A stretch of DNA of 64,000 nt from the human T2T-CHM13v2.0 reference genome, Homo sapiens (GCF_009914755.1 NC_060931.1), one strand, 5' to 3'; positions 12,769 to 26,860 are shown, counted from the stretch's first letter. Numbers and translations: made by a program. Notes: generated from the letters alone by a model not told the origin.

Positions 12769-15700
12769 TTCATTTATTTTTTTAGACTCTCAGAACACAG
12801 TTGATAGTTGAACTTGTAATCTATGATAATCAGCTTGGATGCTATACTGACAGGAAGATGGTGAACTCACAATGTCTAATTAAGATAAAATTAAAAAATA
12901 TACTGATTCATGTCCAAAGATTTAAACAACCTAAGCGGCAGTGTCACAATTTCTTCTTTTTAGTTTACATGGTTTTTTAAATGCCTACAGTTATTTTAAA
13001 GGAAGCCTTGTGTCTAGGAAAAATAGAGACATATGGAATAAATTACTAACCCATTTCTCCTTGAAATCCATTAGATGCTTGATGATTTTTCACATATATT
13101 TCTGAATTCAAAAGCTAGTTGCAAATTATTTTTATAAGCATATCCTTATGTAATATTTTGTTTTTAACAGTGAATTGAAGGTTTAAAGATTATTCTATCC
13201 AGAGAATAAAAAGCAATTATTTTACAAGGAGAACATGTGTATGTTGACACAACATTTTAAAATCTAGATTTTAAAATAGGTCCCATATACTTTTGAGTCA
13301 ATTAGAATGTTTGCATCAGTCTGTCTACAGTTTTCCACCTGTCAAAATGTACTTGAACTACAAGTACCTTGAACAATTTTGAAATTTATTATTCCTCTGA
13401 AACTGATTAAAAGAATTATGGTAGAGTGAAATTCTGATTGGCATAATTTGGGAGAGAAATTATTCCTTGGACATCAACCTCTGCCAAGATAGTTTATAAT
13501 GACATTGAGACTTTTTGATTTACAAAATTTGTTATATAAAAAATACTAAGACAATGACAGATAATACACAGACTTTAATTAAAATTGTACTAAAATTAAA
13601 TGTCTAAATAAATTAGAAGGGTACATGGTACATATAATTGTATGCTTATATATTTTATTTGTGCATTTTATTCCTAGGGTTGCTTTTGCTTTAGTTTGTA
13701 AAACGTTCTTATTTTTATGATAATGTAGTATATACTAAATAAAGAAAAATCAGGAAGTAGAAAATGAAGAAGAAAACATTAGCTGTTGTCAACCAAATAA
13801 AAATTGTGCAATCTCTAAGCACATGAACTATGTATTATTTGTACAGCATGTACAATGTTTATGCTTCACAAGGTGAGGTAGAGACTGCAAAACATTGAAC
13901 CTGGGACAAATAAGAAAGTAAGGAAATTTTCACAACATATCAATATTATAGAAAATGTTGAACTTAACAGTTAAGATACAAGTAGTGAAAAATGATAGTA
14001 TTTAAGGAGATCTAGAAAATTTATATCTGTAATGTGTGAGAAGTATTAGAATAATGCTTGTATTTCTGGATTGGCTCGATTTCTATTGAGACTGGAAACA
14101 TAGTAGAAGTGAGGGAAAAAGAATTTAAATTGTGGATACTTGAGTTTTATACCTAGGAGTTCGAGAAATACATTTTGTTACTATCAAAGCAGTTGGCACA
14201 AGAGTGTACAAAATTCCCCAATTGTGTCTATGTGGAGAAGACATAGACAAACAGAGAATAGCAAAACAGAAATAGCAAAAAAGCACAAATAAATTTTACC
14301 TGTATTTTTATGTAAAGGCCAATTAGAGTAGGAAAACATGAAATTTGTGTTTTATCAAAATTTTTCTCTTTCTCATAATATAGTTGATTACTAAAAAAAA
14401 CTGAAGCATTGGTATGTTCACAAAAAAAAGTAAAATGTTCACAAATAGTGATATTTGTGAAAAAAGTGATATGTTCACACAAAAAAGGTCAAAACCATGG
14501 GAATGCAGGCATCAGACAAAATATTCCTAAACACCGAAACTGATTTTGCCCTACGGACATGTACCAAAATGAATGAGTGCAGATTCCTACTGTCATACAT
14601 CACATAGGACAGTAAAGAAATACATAGTTTTTCCCAATATACGGCATCACACAGGAGCTCCTCCCGAAAGCTAGGACCAAAATTTCTATCCTCAGTATAA
14701 AGAAGAATCAGAGGTAAATTAGTCCCATTTCACATTCCCTGGAAATGGCAAATAAAAATGACTTGAGATTGGACAGATTTAAAGAAACTCAATCGTTAAT
14801 GATTTACAGCAATTAATTTAAAAATTGTTTAAATGTGCAGTCCAAACATACATCCAAACACCTTTAGGTCAAGAATTAACATAATGTGGTCCCAGAATGG
14901 TGGTGCCCTTAGTAGACTTACAAAAAAATTCAAATTCTCTTTGGCAAATTTTCTTCTTACTAATCATCAGAAGTGCACAAAAATAATTTTCAGAGAAAAA
15001 TAAATATTTGTCATTCAAAGACATCTAAGTACGCAAGGAAATGATATTCCACCATTTGAAAGGAAACAGAAAAAGAGTACAAACAGATACACAAAGATTC
15101 ATTAGTAGAAATATCACCGTTAAATTATAAAGCACATTTGCTTTAAAAAAAATTTTAAAAAAGAATATATTTTTAGGAGACTAAAAAATTGATGTAGCAA
15201 ATTTGAAAAGTAGTTTGTATAAAAAAATAGTATTTTAAATTAAAAACTCAAAAATGAACTCATCAGATTAGACGTGGCCATGGTGGGAGTTAATAAATAT
15301 TTCAGAATGCATTACAGAAAATTTTGAAAAATGCAAAATGTAGACTGAATCATGAAGAGACATGGAAGATACAGTGAGAAAGTGTAGCATGTGTTTAGTG
15401 AGTGTTCTTATAGAAGAAGGGAACTGGGAAGGGACAATATGTGATGGTAATTTGGCTGAAAGTTCTCTAGACTTTTGTAAGACACTAATCTGCATATTCA
15501 AAAATTCCATGCATGCTAAGCAAGCTACAATGGAGATAAACCTACAACTATGTATCTCCTAGAGAAATAGTAAAGAATCAGTAAGGGAAAAATATTTCAA
15601 TTAGCACTAGAAAAATCAAATTATCTTTAATCATATTGAAATAGGAAAGAATGAAAGGTAAAATAAACAATATTATTTGTTAAGAATAATAATGTCATTC

Positions 15701-16037
15701 TGAAATTCTCAACCAAGAAAAATATTCATCAACCTATGGCTAAATAACATATTTAGAGACAAAAAACAAAATGCCACCAGCAGAATTCCACTAAAGAAAC
15801 TAAAGAGAAACTGAAAACATGCTTCAGAAAGGTTGAAGTTCTGAAATCAAAGAATGAACACAGAACAAAATATACTGTAAACATACAGATAGATCTAAAT
15901 AAAAAATCAGGTGTTGAAACAAAAAGATATTTAAAATTAGATAAGCACTGCAATGTGTACCTTAGGAAGAAAATTATTAGGGCTGAAGTATTCAAAGACC
16001 CCTTAATTGTCTGACAAGAGCAGAAAGTTGAGTATGA

Positions 16038-16349
<312 letters not shown>

Positions 16350-16842
16350 GACTTTGGAACTTTAATAAATTCACTGGACATTATGCATTTCTCTGTTGTA
16401 TCTATGAAAACAATAAAAATAAAAGTCATAATTTAAAAACAAGAAGACAGAAACTGATAGGAGAAAATGAGGCATTTTATATATATATACAACAAATTAA
16501 TAAAACAAATTAAGTATAAATGATCAAAGATTAACTTAAACCTAAGTAGACAATGTTTCTGTTAAAATACAAAGATTGGCAAAATTAAAAAAATCCGTCT
16601 CTATCATAGTTACAAGAGAGGCAACTAATATATAAATTTACAGAAACTTTGAAATTCAAACAATACAGATACTGTGTATATATGATATACATACATACTA
16701 CATGAATATAATTTTTTAAAAAGTTGCTATGTAGACAAAATAGAATGTAAGTTAGAAACATTTATTAAAATAAGTTAGTCTAACCAGTGTGATAAAAGTT
16801 TTAAGTTATTAAGATGTGATGACTTAAATGTGCATTAGCCTG

Positions 16843-16896
16843 ATACATATATACATATATACACACACACCACACTCTCTCTCACACACACACACG
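16843..16896. repeat. Compound (TA)/(CA)/(CT) microsatellite
   Basis: tacatatatacatatatacacacacaccacactctctctcacacacacacac. Confidence 0.8.
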
Positions 16897-17417
16897 TATT
16901 TCGAGAGTCAAATTATATAAAGCAAAAATATCAGAAAGTAGAAATGGATAAGCCCCCAAATCATTACAGACATTTCAAACACACATCTTTCAGTAATAGA
17001 TAAAAGAAAAAATTAAAAGAGTAAGTTTTAAAAGAAGCTAGTGGATTTTAAAAAGGGCAAATGTTATATAAGGAACATGAATATTATAATTCATGTTATT
17101 TTCATGTTCATACAGAATACTTACAAAAATTAACATTTTCTAGACCATACCACAAATTCAAACAATTTTCACGCAAATAACGTGACATAGAATATATCTC
17201 CTAAACAAACAGCAATGAAGGTAGATATCAATACAAAAAAGATAGAAACATAAGCCTAATAATATTGGTTGGAAGCTATTTTAATGAATATTGAAATATT
17301 TTAAAGGTGAATAGTCAATACAAATGAACCAAACACTTTTGTAAGGCCACTAAGATGCATGTGTAATGTGTAATGCCTCCTTTTATAAGGAGTAAATCTG
17401 TAACATCACCTGGGCTA

Positions 17418-17817
<400 letters not shown>

Positions 17818-18319
17818 GGAGGAAATAGTACATGAAATAGCAGAATTAAAGCAACTGAGTATATATTTAAAAATGCAAAAGCTCACTTTTTCAGAAAAAT
17901 ATTAAAATATTAAATCTAACAAATATCTAGGTAGACTGATGGAGAAAAATACAGAAAATGCACAAAAAACCAATTACCTGGAATGCGAAGGTTACAAAAC
18001 GTCAGCAGTTGTAGATTTTAAACAAGCAATGACTTTGAGTTCAATCATGATGGGGTATATTGAAAAGAATCAGAAAAAAAGAAAAAGAAAACTGTTATAA
18101 AACTATGTACAAAATGTTATGCACTATTAAAGTCTTCCAATTCTACCAGTTATGGAGTTATTGGTCTTGGACTAACTCTCCTGAAAAGAAAAAAACAAAA
18201 CAAAACAAAATAAAACATAAAAACGTGGATAAAATGGCCTACCGTGGGCACTGGCAATGCAACCAAGCAGGTAGGACATGGGAGCTACAGTCTCTTTGTC
18301 AGAACACAAAGCATTCATA

Positions 18320-19726
18320 CACTCCCGAGCAGGGAGAGCTGGACCAGGAGCGCCCCTCCGCGCTGCCCTTGCCAGAACGCCAGTGGAGCTGGCAGCCGAG
18401 TGTGCCGCTCCCGCCCTCAGAGCCGCGGCGGCGGGGGCAAAAATCCTCGGCGGCGGGGGTAAAAAGCCGCGGCGGCAAAAAGCGGCGGCGGCGGGGCAAA
18501 AAGCCGCGGCGGCAAAAAAAAACAAACCCACAAAAAGCCGCGGCGGCGGGGGGAAAAAGCCACGGCGGGGAAAAAGCCTCGGCGTAGGGGGCAAAAAACC
18601 GCCGAGGCCGGGGCAAAAAGCCACGGCGTCGGGGGAAAAAGCTACGGTGGAGGGGCAAAAAGCCGCGGTGGCGAGGTCAAAAAGCCGCAAAAAGCCGCGG
18701 CGGCGGGGGGAAAAAGCCGCAAAAAGCAGCGGCGGCGGGGGCAAAAAGCCGCAGCGGCAAAAAGCCTCAGCGGCGGGGGCAAAAAGCCACGACCGGGGGA
18801 AAAAGCCGCAGCGGCAGGGGCAAAAAGCCACGGCGGCAGGGAGCAAAAACCCGCGGGGGTAGGCGCAAAAAGCCGCGGCGGGGGGTTAAAAAGCCGCGTC
18901 AGCAAAACCCGCGGCGGCGGGCGCAAAAAGCCGCGGCAGGGGCAAAAAGCCGCAAAAAACCGCGGCTGCGGGGGAAAAAGCCGCGGCAGCAGGGGCAGAA
19001 AGCAGCAAAAACCCAAGGCGGCAAAAAGCCTCGGCGGCGGGGGGTGGGGGGGGTGCAAAAAACCGCGGAGAGGGGGGCAAAAAACCGCGGTGTCGGGGGA
19101 AAAAGCCATGGCCGCGGCGGCAAAAACCCGCGGCGGCAAAAAGCCCCGGAGGCGCGGACAAAAAGCCCCGGCGGTGGGGGTCGAAAGCCGCGTCGGCAAA
19201 ACCCATGGTGGAGGGGGGCAAAAAGCCGTGGCGGCGGGCGCAAAAAATGCAAAAAGCAGCGGAGGGGGCAAAAAGCTGCAAAAAGCAGCGGCGGCGGAGG
19301 CAAAATGCCACAACGGAAAAAAGCCTCGGCGGCGGGGGCAAAAATCCGCGGAAGCGGGGGGAAAAAGCCGCGGAAGCGGGGGGGAAAAGCCGCGGCGGCG
19401 GGGGCAAAAGGCAGCGGGACAGGGGCAAAAAACCACAAAAATCTGCGGCGGCGGGGGCAAAAAGCTGCAAAAAGCAGCGGTGGCGGGGGCAAAAAGCTGC
19501 AAAAAGAAGCGGCGGCGGGGACAAAAAGCTGCAAAAAGCAGCGGCGGCGGGAGCAAAAAGCCCTAGCGGCAAAAAGCAGCGGCTGTGGGGGCAAAAAGCC
19601 ATGGTGGCAAAAAGCCTAGGAGGCGGAGGCAAAAAACCGCGGAGGCGGGAGCAAAAGGGAGCAGGGGCAAAAAACCAAAAAAACCTGCGGCAGCGGAGGG
19701 AAAAAGCCGCGGCGGCGGGGGCAAAA
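18320..19726. promoter_or_regulatory. CpG-island-like segment (GC-rich lead-in plus the repeat)
   Basis: High GC and CpG density in an otherwise very AT-rich region; GC box cccgccc near 18410. Regulatory function is not demonstrated. Confidence 0.4.
18421..19726 (+). repeat. GC/CpG-rich tandem repeat, ~22 bp unit AGCCGCGGCGGCGGGGGCAAAA with ~10 and ~16 bp sub-units (CAAAAAG-type pericentromeric repeat)
   Basis: Directly visible array; many CCGCGG sites; T almost absent from the top strand. Confidence 0.95.
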
Positions 19727-22249
19727 TAGTGGAAATGGGGTAGAAGGCCTGCACAGCTTGGCATTGCTGCTGTGTGATGTGATAGGAAAAGTGCAGCCGA
19801 AAACCAAAAAAGATGTAAGTAGGCTTCACTGAGTGCAGCTAAGAACCCAGATGTTATCTTGAGGGTATTAACTAATAAGCAGTTTAAATCAGAATGGCAC
19901 ATTCTGATTTGTTTTTTGTATGTTCACATTTGGCAGGCATAGATACTGTTTGAAGAGAGGAAAGTCAGTAGATAGAGGTAACAAATATGTGCCAAGTCTA
20001 GAAACAAGAGACTAGGGGGATAAGGACCTTTCGAAATAAAATGCAAGATTTGAAAACTGATTGGCTGGGGGATGAGGAAAAGGCAGGTCTCTACGGTCAA
20101 TCTCTGTTTTGCTTTAAGTTGTTAGGGGGTGGTTTTGTCACATATTGTAGAATATGTCATTTCAGTTTTGAACATCTTGAGTTAAATTGTCCTAACATAT
20201 CTTATGAATTTGATTTTCTTCCCTGGGAAGCTAATATTTCAAAAACTTAAAAAGTATAGATTTCCAACTTGTATCCAATTTATACAATTATCTTTAGGCT
20301 GCTGGTTTCAGGAGGAGGCTCATGAATATTCTATTTGCAGAGAATATATCAGGAGTTAACAACAGCGTCAATATTTGTGGACGACCAGTTAACTAAGCCA
20401 CCTCTTAGTGTATTTAGATGGGAAATCTTAGCAGAAGGTATTCAATAATGAACCAACAGTGACTAAAAAATTCAATATTTAAGTATATTTCATTGTAATT
20501 AATTTGAGTTTAAGTAGCCATATACAGCTAGTATTTACTACATTGAACAAAGCAAATAAGAGGAAAAAATAAGTATCTCTAATACTACATGCCAAAATCC
20601 TCATCAATTTATTCTAGCTAAAGGAGTTTATCAGAAGCAGCGATTGAAAGCACCAACTAAATCAGCTGGGGTTAATTCACTGTCATTCTCTCAGAACCAT
20701 CTCTTCTCTGAACAAAATGAGTAGAAGAATTAATTGTGAATCTGCATTTTCCTTGCCTATTTTAAGGTTTCGATGTTGACACTAATTTGTGAAATCCCTC
20801 CTGTGGTGTGATATTTCATTTTCCTTGCTTTTTGTTAGGACAACAATGCTTCAGCTCTTAATTTAAAATTATGTTTCTCCCTCCTAGTTTGAGTGAACTT
20901 AGAATGCATTCTCTGACATATCCAAGTTTTATGAATTTGGGGGCACAAGCATACTTAATTAGCTAAGACTTCTTATTCTAGGCTTGACCCTGTGTTCGAC
21001 ATCTTTTGAATTTGTAGTTGCATGGGTTGCTCTTTGACGCTGGTTAGTGATCTGGAAACTATATTAACGTTAGGAGAGGTGGTGTATGAGCATTAGAGGT
21101 ATCCTTGCAAGGAAAGACTTGTCTTATCTCAATACGTCTTTTTTTTGCACACAAGAAAGTCAATCTTTGAGTCTTCTAAAATCTTCCTATTTCCAAGTTG
21201 CAGAGTACCATTGGTTCCTAAACAAAGATCTAATTTTTGACTCAGAGACGTGGCAAGGTAGTGAATCACCATTATAATTTAACAAACTTCAAGATAAAAT
21301 TATCTCTCTGATATTTACATTTTGCCCAATTATTAAGATATTTGGGTGTTTCATTAAGAATAGAAGACTCTAGTCTCTTGAGCAGAGACTATAAATGCCT
21401 CAGATGATCATTTATAATTTTATGGTCTTTTCTTTAACACCATCAACGCAGTTGGAAGCAGCCAATATTCCCCAGAGTTGTTGTGTTTTTTAAACCAAGT
21501 GCATGGTTCAGTGGTAGAAAACTGGGCTGATCCAAGCTGTTTTCAGTAAACATTTCATTTCAGGTGACCTATTTCATATTAAATAATCTCTAAATCCTGT
21601 CTTCAAAACTAACTAGATCAGATAACCTACCCTGGATTTTCCCCTATTAGGGTCTGTTAGCTGCAGTCACTTTTGTGAAAATGATTGCAGTGAAAAGATA
21701 GAGTTGTAGATGGGGAAAATGTTTTGACTAATTTAAGCATAGTGGTATTTAATATGAGAATTTAAGTTACACACATTTGAAAATTATAATGGGGTCTCTT
21801 GGCCGAGCTTTAAAAAAAATAGCGCTTAGGCTAAAAAGGGAACTGCTACCTCTCCTAAAATCAGAAAGATGTTACAGTAATTCTCCATTCTCTAGAATTA
21901 TCAGGAAGCATCTTTGTGATGATTTACTTTTGCTCTTGGGAGTGTGAGCCTGTGTAGTTGTGGAACCATCAATTAGAATGATGGCTTTCTGATCCCAAAG
22001 TCATTCGTTCTGAAAACAATATTTTTCATAAATTTGAAAGTGAGAAGTTTTGATCTTGCCATTCCCAAGTAACTCTCTTAATAAGAGGCATCAGCATGCT
22101 TCAGTGACAGCTGTCACCTTCCAGTGCTGAGAGTCATCTTTGAGTTCTCCATTTCACTCCCTACACTCCAATTTAGCTGCAGTTCTCTTGGCCAGTCCTA
22201 TGAAATACATCCATGGCCTAAAGACTACTCACAACTAATACCACTCATA

Positions 22250-22880
22250 CTAACAGCATTCTTACCTAAGTCACTACCTTTTTTCTCTGGATTACAATAG
22301 CCTCCCAATTTATTTGCTCACATAACCTATTTATTCTACACAGTGCAACAGATACACCCCTTTGAAATGCAAACACAATCATGTTATTCTCTGGTGAAAT
22401 TATCTCATATATTCCTATCGCATTTAAAATTAATTCAGAATAATTCCATGATTATCAAAACCCTACATGTTCTTCCACAACATGGTTTACTTTCAAGATA
22501 TCTCAACTTTTTTTTCACTATACTGAATTGTTGAGTAATAGTCATATTTTTGTTTTTGCTCAAAAAGTCTTGACTTGTAAATTTTTCAGTTTCTCCTTTA
22601 TCCACAGGTAACTCTTTCCTCATAAGGCGAATTGCTTTCTTCCTTGAGTTCTGCTCTCAAAGATACCTTTCATTTTCTACCTGATATTAATAATTTTAAT
22701 CATTCATTATTCTATTACTATGCTCTATAGTGTATACAATTTCTGTTCTTTGTCATGTTATTATCTAAATTATTCATTTGTTCCAGTAACGTATTCCATA
22801 AATATTGTACACATAAAAATTATGTTATTTTTATTGCTGTATGCCCAATAACAGTTTAAGGATTAACATATTTGTTAAAT
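22250..22880 (+). mobile_element. L2 fragment
   Basis: ctggattacaatagcctcc...attctacacagtgcaacag...aatgcaaacacaatcatgttattctc...aaccctacatgttct. Confidence 0.55.
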
Positions 22881-23204
22881 GCCCAAATACATTCTTTCAA
22901 AAATGTTAGTTTAGTAATTTTAAACTCCCTATATACTTACAATATGAATTAGATAATTCAGAATAAACATTCCATTGGAAAAAACGAAACAATTTGTTAT
23001 CAAACATCCTTAAAAGCATCAGAAAGTTAATACAGCAATGAGGAATGACAGGACCAAATTAAGAATGGTATGGAAGCCTGTTTGTGAGGCTTATGTTTGG
23101 GTTATCTCTTTACTTAGAGTGACTATAAATCTCAAAAGAGAACTAAAGGGAGAAATAACCATATCTACCCACATGGTAAGGGTATTTAAACATCTCTTAG
23201 TAAT

Positions 23205-23360
23205 TGAGAAAATTGAAAGAAAAGAAAAAAGAGAAAGGGAGAAAGAGAAACAGAGCAAAAGGGATAATGAAGAAGAGAAAGAAGAAGAGAAAGGAAGAGG
23301 AAGAAAAGTAAAAAGGAGGAGGAGGGGGAGGGAGGAAGAAAGAAAGGTGGAAAGAAAGAA
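23205..23360 (+). repeat. Purine-rich (GA) low-complexity tract
   Basis: gaaagaaaagaaaaaagagaaagggagaaagag...ggaggaggagggggagggaggaagaa. Confidence 0.85.
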
Positions 23361-23389
23361 TGGTAAAGTTTTTAACAACATAATTTATC

Positions 23390-24908
23390 CTTCTAGAATA
23401 TGAATGTTGGTCTATTTGATGATGTCCCACAGATTCCTTAGTCTCTGCTCATTTTTTATCTGTTTCTCAGAGCCAATATTTTCCATTTTCTTATCTTCAA
23501 GCTCATGACTTCTGTGTGTGCAAATATACTCTTAAATCCCTCTGGTGATTTTTTAATTTTTATCATTTTAGTTTTCCACTCCAGAATTTCTTTTATCTCT
23601 TTGTTGATATTCCTACTTTTAAATATTTTTTCTGATTCCTTTATTTCTTTGTTTATGTTTTCCTTTTGACATTTGAGTATAATTAAGAGAGTTGTTTTAA
23701 AGTCTTTGTCTAGTAAGTTTGATGTCTGGGCTTCCTTAGAGATATTTTCTGTCAATTTATTTTGTTCCTTTGAATGAGCCATACTTTTCCTTTCTTTTAT
23801 GCCTTGTAACTTTTTTTGAAAACTGGACATTATAATAATTATAATTACTATGTGGTTACTCTGTAAATCAGACCACCCCCTACAAACACACTAATGTTTT
23901 GTGGTTTTAAATTTTATTTACTTATTATATTGTTAAGGATTTTTTTTTTTTTAGTGAAATTTTCCAAAGTGATTTACAAAACTGTTTGCTTTATAAGGTG
24001 TGGCCACCGAAGTCTTTTTGTTTCCTTAACAAATGTTAAGCTAATGTTTTGACAGTGATTTTCTTGTATGTCAGGAACTAAGCAAACAGGCAAATACAAC
24101 AAAAACAAAAAGAAAAACAAGTAATAATTAGCCAGCAAAATATGTCTCTAGGCCATGCAGACTGGCTTTGTGCTGGGTTCTTTAAAGCCGGCACAAAATG
24201 TGTGTTCACTCTTGCACTGAGTGAAGTTCAAGTTCACTCTTGCACAGAGCTTGCACTGAGGGGAGGGATCGCCAAGGTAAAAGTGTAGGGTCTTCTTATG
24301 ACATTTGTCAGCATGTGGCTTAACCTATGCATACATGTGACTTTCTAGACTCTTCCATGTACGTGAATGATTTTGAATGTCTTAGTTTTCCAAATACTCT
24401 TCTCCAACTTTTCTTCCTGTGCTGAAGGTGATCTACTATATGTGTAAACTCTAATTTTTGCCCTAAGCATCTGTGGTTTGTTAGGTCTCCTTGCAGAGTT
24501 TCTTAATTATGTCCATTCCTTATCTGTTCTGTATTCTAGCAACACAGAAAAAACAAAAGCCTTTCATGAGTCCTTTAGGTATCCTCCAGACCAGTCAGAA
24601 CAGACACATAATAATTTGCGGGTAAGATCTTCTCTTGTTCCTTTGGACGATGGACCAGGCTTCCTCACTGGGAACGTGGGCTTCTGACACTTCAGAACTG
24701 CCAATTTGCTGAGGCAAAGGCAAGCTAAAAATGTCGTAAAGTTTTCCAGTTGTCTTTTCCTTGAGTCTGCTTTCACTTGGTTGTTGTAATCTTTTGACCA
24801 TTTTCCAGAGTTTTGGCAAAGTTTATTCGGACAGTTTCTCTTAGTTGTGTGATGTTTCTGTGGGGAAATGGAAGATTGCAGCTGTCTCCACTGCCATTTT
24901 CCTGATGC
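23390..24908 (-). mobile_element. L1M 5' end and ORF1 start, antisense
   Basis: ORF 23456-23830(-) ...MAHSKEQNKLTENISKEAQTSNLLDKDFKTTL... is the typical L1M ORF1 N-terminus; 5' end ...ctccactgccattttcc near 24900. Confidence 0.75.
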
Positions 24909-24958
24909 TCCTCTTTTGTCAATTTTTGCTTCATGTTCTTATGCTTTGTTATTAGTTC

Positions 24959-25387
24959 ATGTATTAGTTTTCTAGGGCTGCCATAACCAAGTAACACAAA
25001 CTGGGTGACTTGAACAACATACATTTATAGTCTTATAGTCCTGGAAGCTAAAAGTCTGATATTGAGGTGTCAGCAGAGATGGTCCCTTCAAGGGCTATGA
25101 GAGAAAGTCTGTTCTGTGCCTTGTTTCTACCTTCTGGTGGTTTTGTGGCAGTCTTTGGCATTCCTTGGCTAACCTCTGCCCTCATAATCACATGGAACTC
25201 TCCCTGTGTGTATATCTCCCTCTACTCAAATTTCTTCTTTTTATAAGGACATCAGTCATACTGAATTCAGGCTCATCTGATTTTATCTTAATTTAATCAC
25301 CTGCAAATAACCTGTTTCCTAATGAGGTCATATTCAGTGGTTAGGATTTCAGCATCTGTATAGAGGAAACAATTTAGCTCATATCTG
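24959..25387 (-). mobile_element. MLT1 (MLT1B/C-like) MaLR LTR
   Basis: tgtattagttttctagggctgccataaccaagtaacacaaactgggtgacttgaacaac...ttttataaggacatcagtcatactgaatt...gaggtcatattc. Confidence 0.9.
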
Positions 25388-25389
25388 TG

Positions 25390-26860
25390 CATACATGATT
25401 GTAATAGCTATGTCTTCTGAAAGCGTTGACCCCTTATTACTACAATATAAATTTTTAAAATCCTATTCACATTTTTAATAGTCTATATCGTGTGTTATGA
25501 GTATAATGAGTTCAGTGTTCTTATGATTGCTCTTTGCATGATATTTTTTGTCATCTTTTTACTTTCAATCCATTAGTATCCTTACATCTTAGCGTATATT
25601 GGGATCACTTGTTTTAATCCAGTCTGACAATCTCTGCCTCTTGAATGGAATTTAATCTGCTCACATTTAATATTATAATTAGTATAATTCTATTTATGTC
25701 TGCCATTTTACCCTTTGTTTTGTATATTTCTCAAATATTTTTCTTTATTGCTTTATTTTGCAATGAATGAATATTTTCTAAAATAAGGAACTTTAGATTA
25801 CTAATGAATTATTTTACTATATATTTTTGAGAATTTTTGTTGTTGTTGTAAGTTTGCCATATAGGTATATGGAAAATTAATTATTCAAATCATCTTCCAA
25901 TTTATACTAGTAAACTTTTAGTAATACATAGAAACATCATTCTTATACAAATCTCTCTTATTTCCTCCATTTTAAAGTATTATCACTTTACACATTACAT
26001 CTATTAAAGTTACAAAGCCAACAATACATTTTAGTAATTATTACTTTACCATCTAGAGTGATTACCTTATCACAATACATTTTTTTCCAACTACCTCCTT
26101 TTTGATGTTACTGGAAAATATGTTATAAACATATTACATTTCTACATGTCAAATACTCAGCAATACATTATGCACATATTATTATTATTAGCATTGAGAT
26201 GGAGTCTCTCTCTGTCACCCAGGCTGGAGTGCCGTGGCACAATCTCTGCTCACTGCAAACTCTATCTCCTGGCTTCATGCCATTCTTCTGCTTCAGCCTC
26301 CCGAGTAGCTGGGACTACAGGTGCCTGCCATCACGCCCAGCTAATTTTTTGTATTTTTAGTAGAGACAGGGTTTCACTGTGTTAGCCAGGATGGTCTCGA
26401 TCTCCTGGACTCATAATACGCCCACCTCGGCCTCCCAACGTGCTGAGATTACAGGCGTGAGCCATCGTGCCTGGCCGTTATACACATATTATTTTATAAA
26501 CAATTTATGATAAAGAGAAAACATGCATTTCTACTGTCTTTTATAATGTTAATATTACCTATACTAGTGCTTTTTTAAAAATGTGGATTCAAGTGACTGG
26601 CTTGTGTAACTTGCTTTTAGCCTTAGGAATTTATTTTAGTGTTTTTTTTTTTTTTTTTTTTTTTGTTTGGTAGGTCTGCCAGCAACAACTTCAGTTAATA
26701 TTTCTGTTTATCTGGGTAAGTCTTTGTGTTATCTTCATTTTTGAAAAATAATTGCTTGATAAGGAATTGGTGGCTGACAGTTTTTTTTCTTTGCATCTTT
26801 GAATACATTATTCTACTGCCTCTTGCCTTCCATTGTTTCTGTTAAGTCAGCTGTTAATCT
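25390..26860 (-). mobile_element. Old L1M fragment, antisense (interrupted by an Alu)
   Basis: ttttaatccagtctgacaatctctgcctc...cacatttaatattataatt; ggtaggtctgccagcaacaac...ggctgacagttttttt...ttccattgtttctg. Confidence 0.7.
26181..26476 (-). mobile_element. Alu (AluY-like) with (ATT)n tail
   Basis: gagatggagtctc...cttcatgccattc...gttagccaggatggtctcgatctc...gtgcctggcc; TSD ttatgcacatatt / ttatacacatatt. Confidence 0.95.

Noticed and set aside
18421-19726. PRDM9 13-mer (CCNCCNTNNCCNC) array on the minus strand
   Set aside because: The consensus unit reads CCCCCGCCGCCGC and lacks the central T; only a degenerate match, which would need a PWM scan.
18060-19902. Many long overlapping ORFs (up to 338 aa) rich in A/G/K/R/P/F
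   Set aside because: Produced by the T-poor 22 bp repeat, which lacks stop codons in most frames on both strands; low complexity with no domain.
23038-23430. E/K/R-rich and F/S/L-rich ORFs
   Set aside because: Translations of the GA-rich tract.
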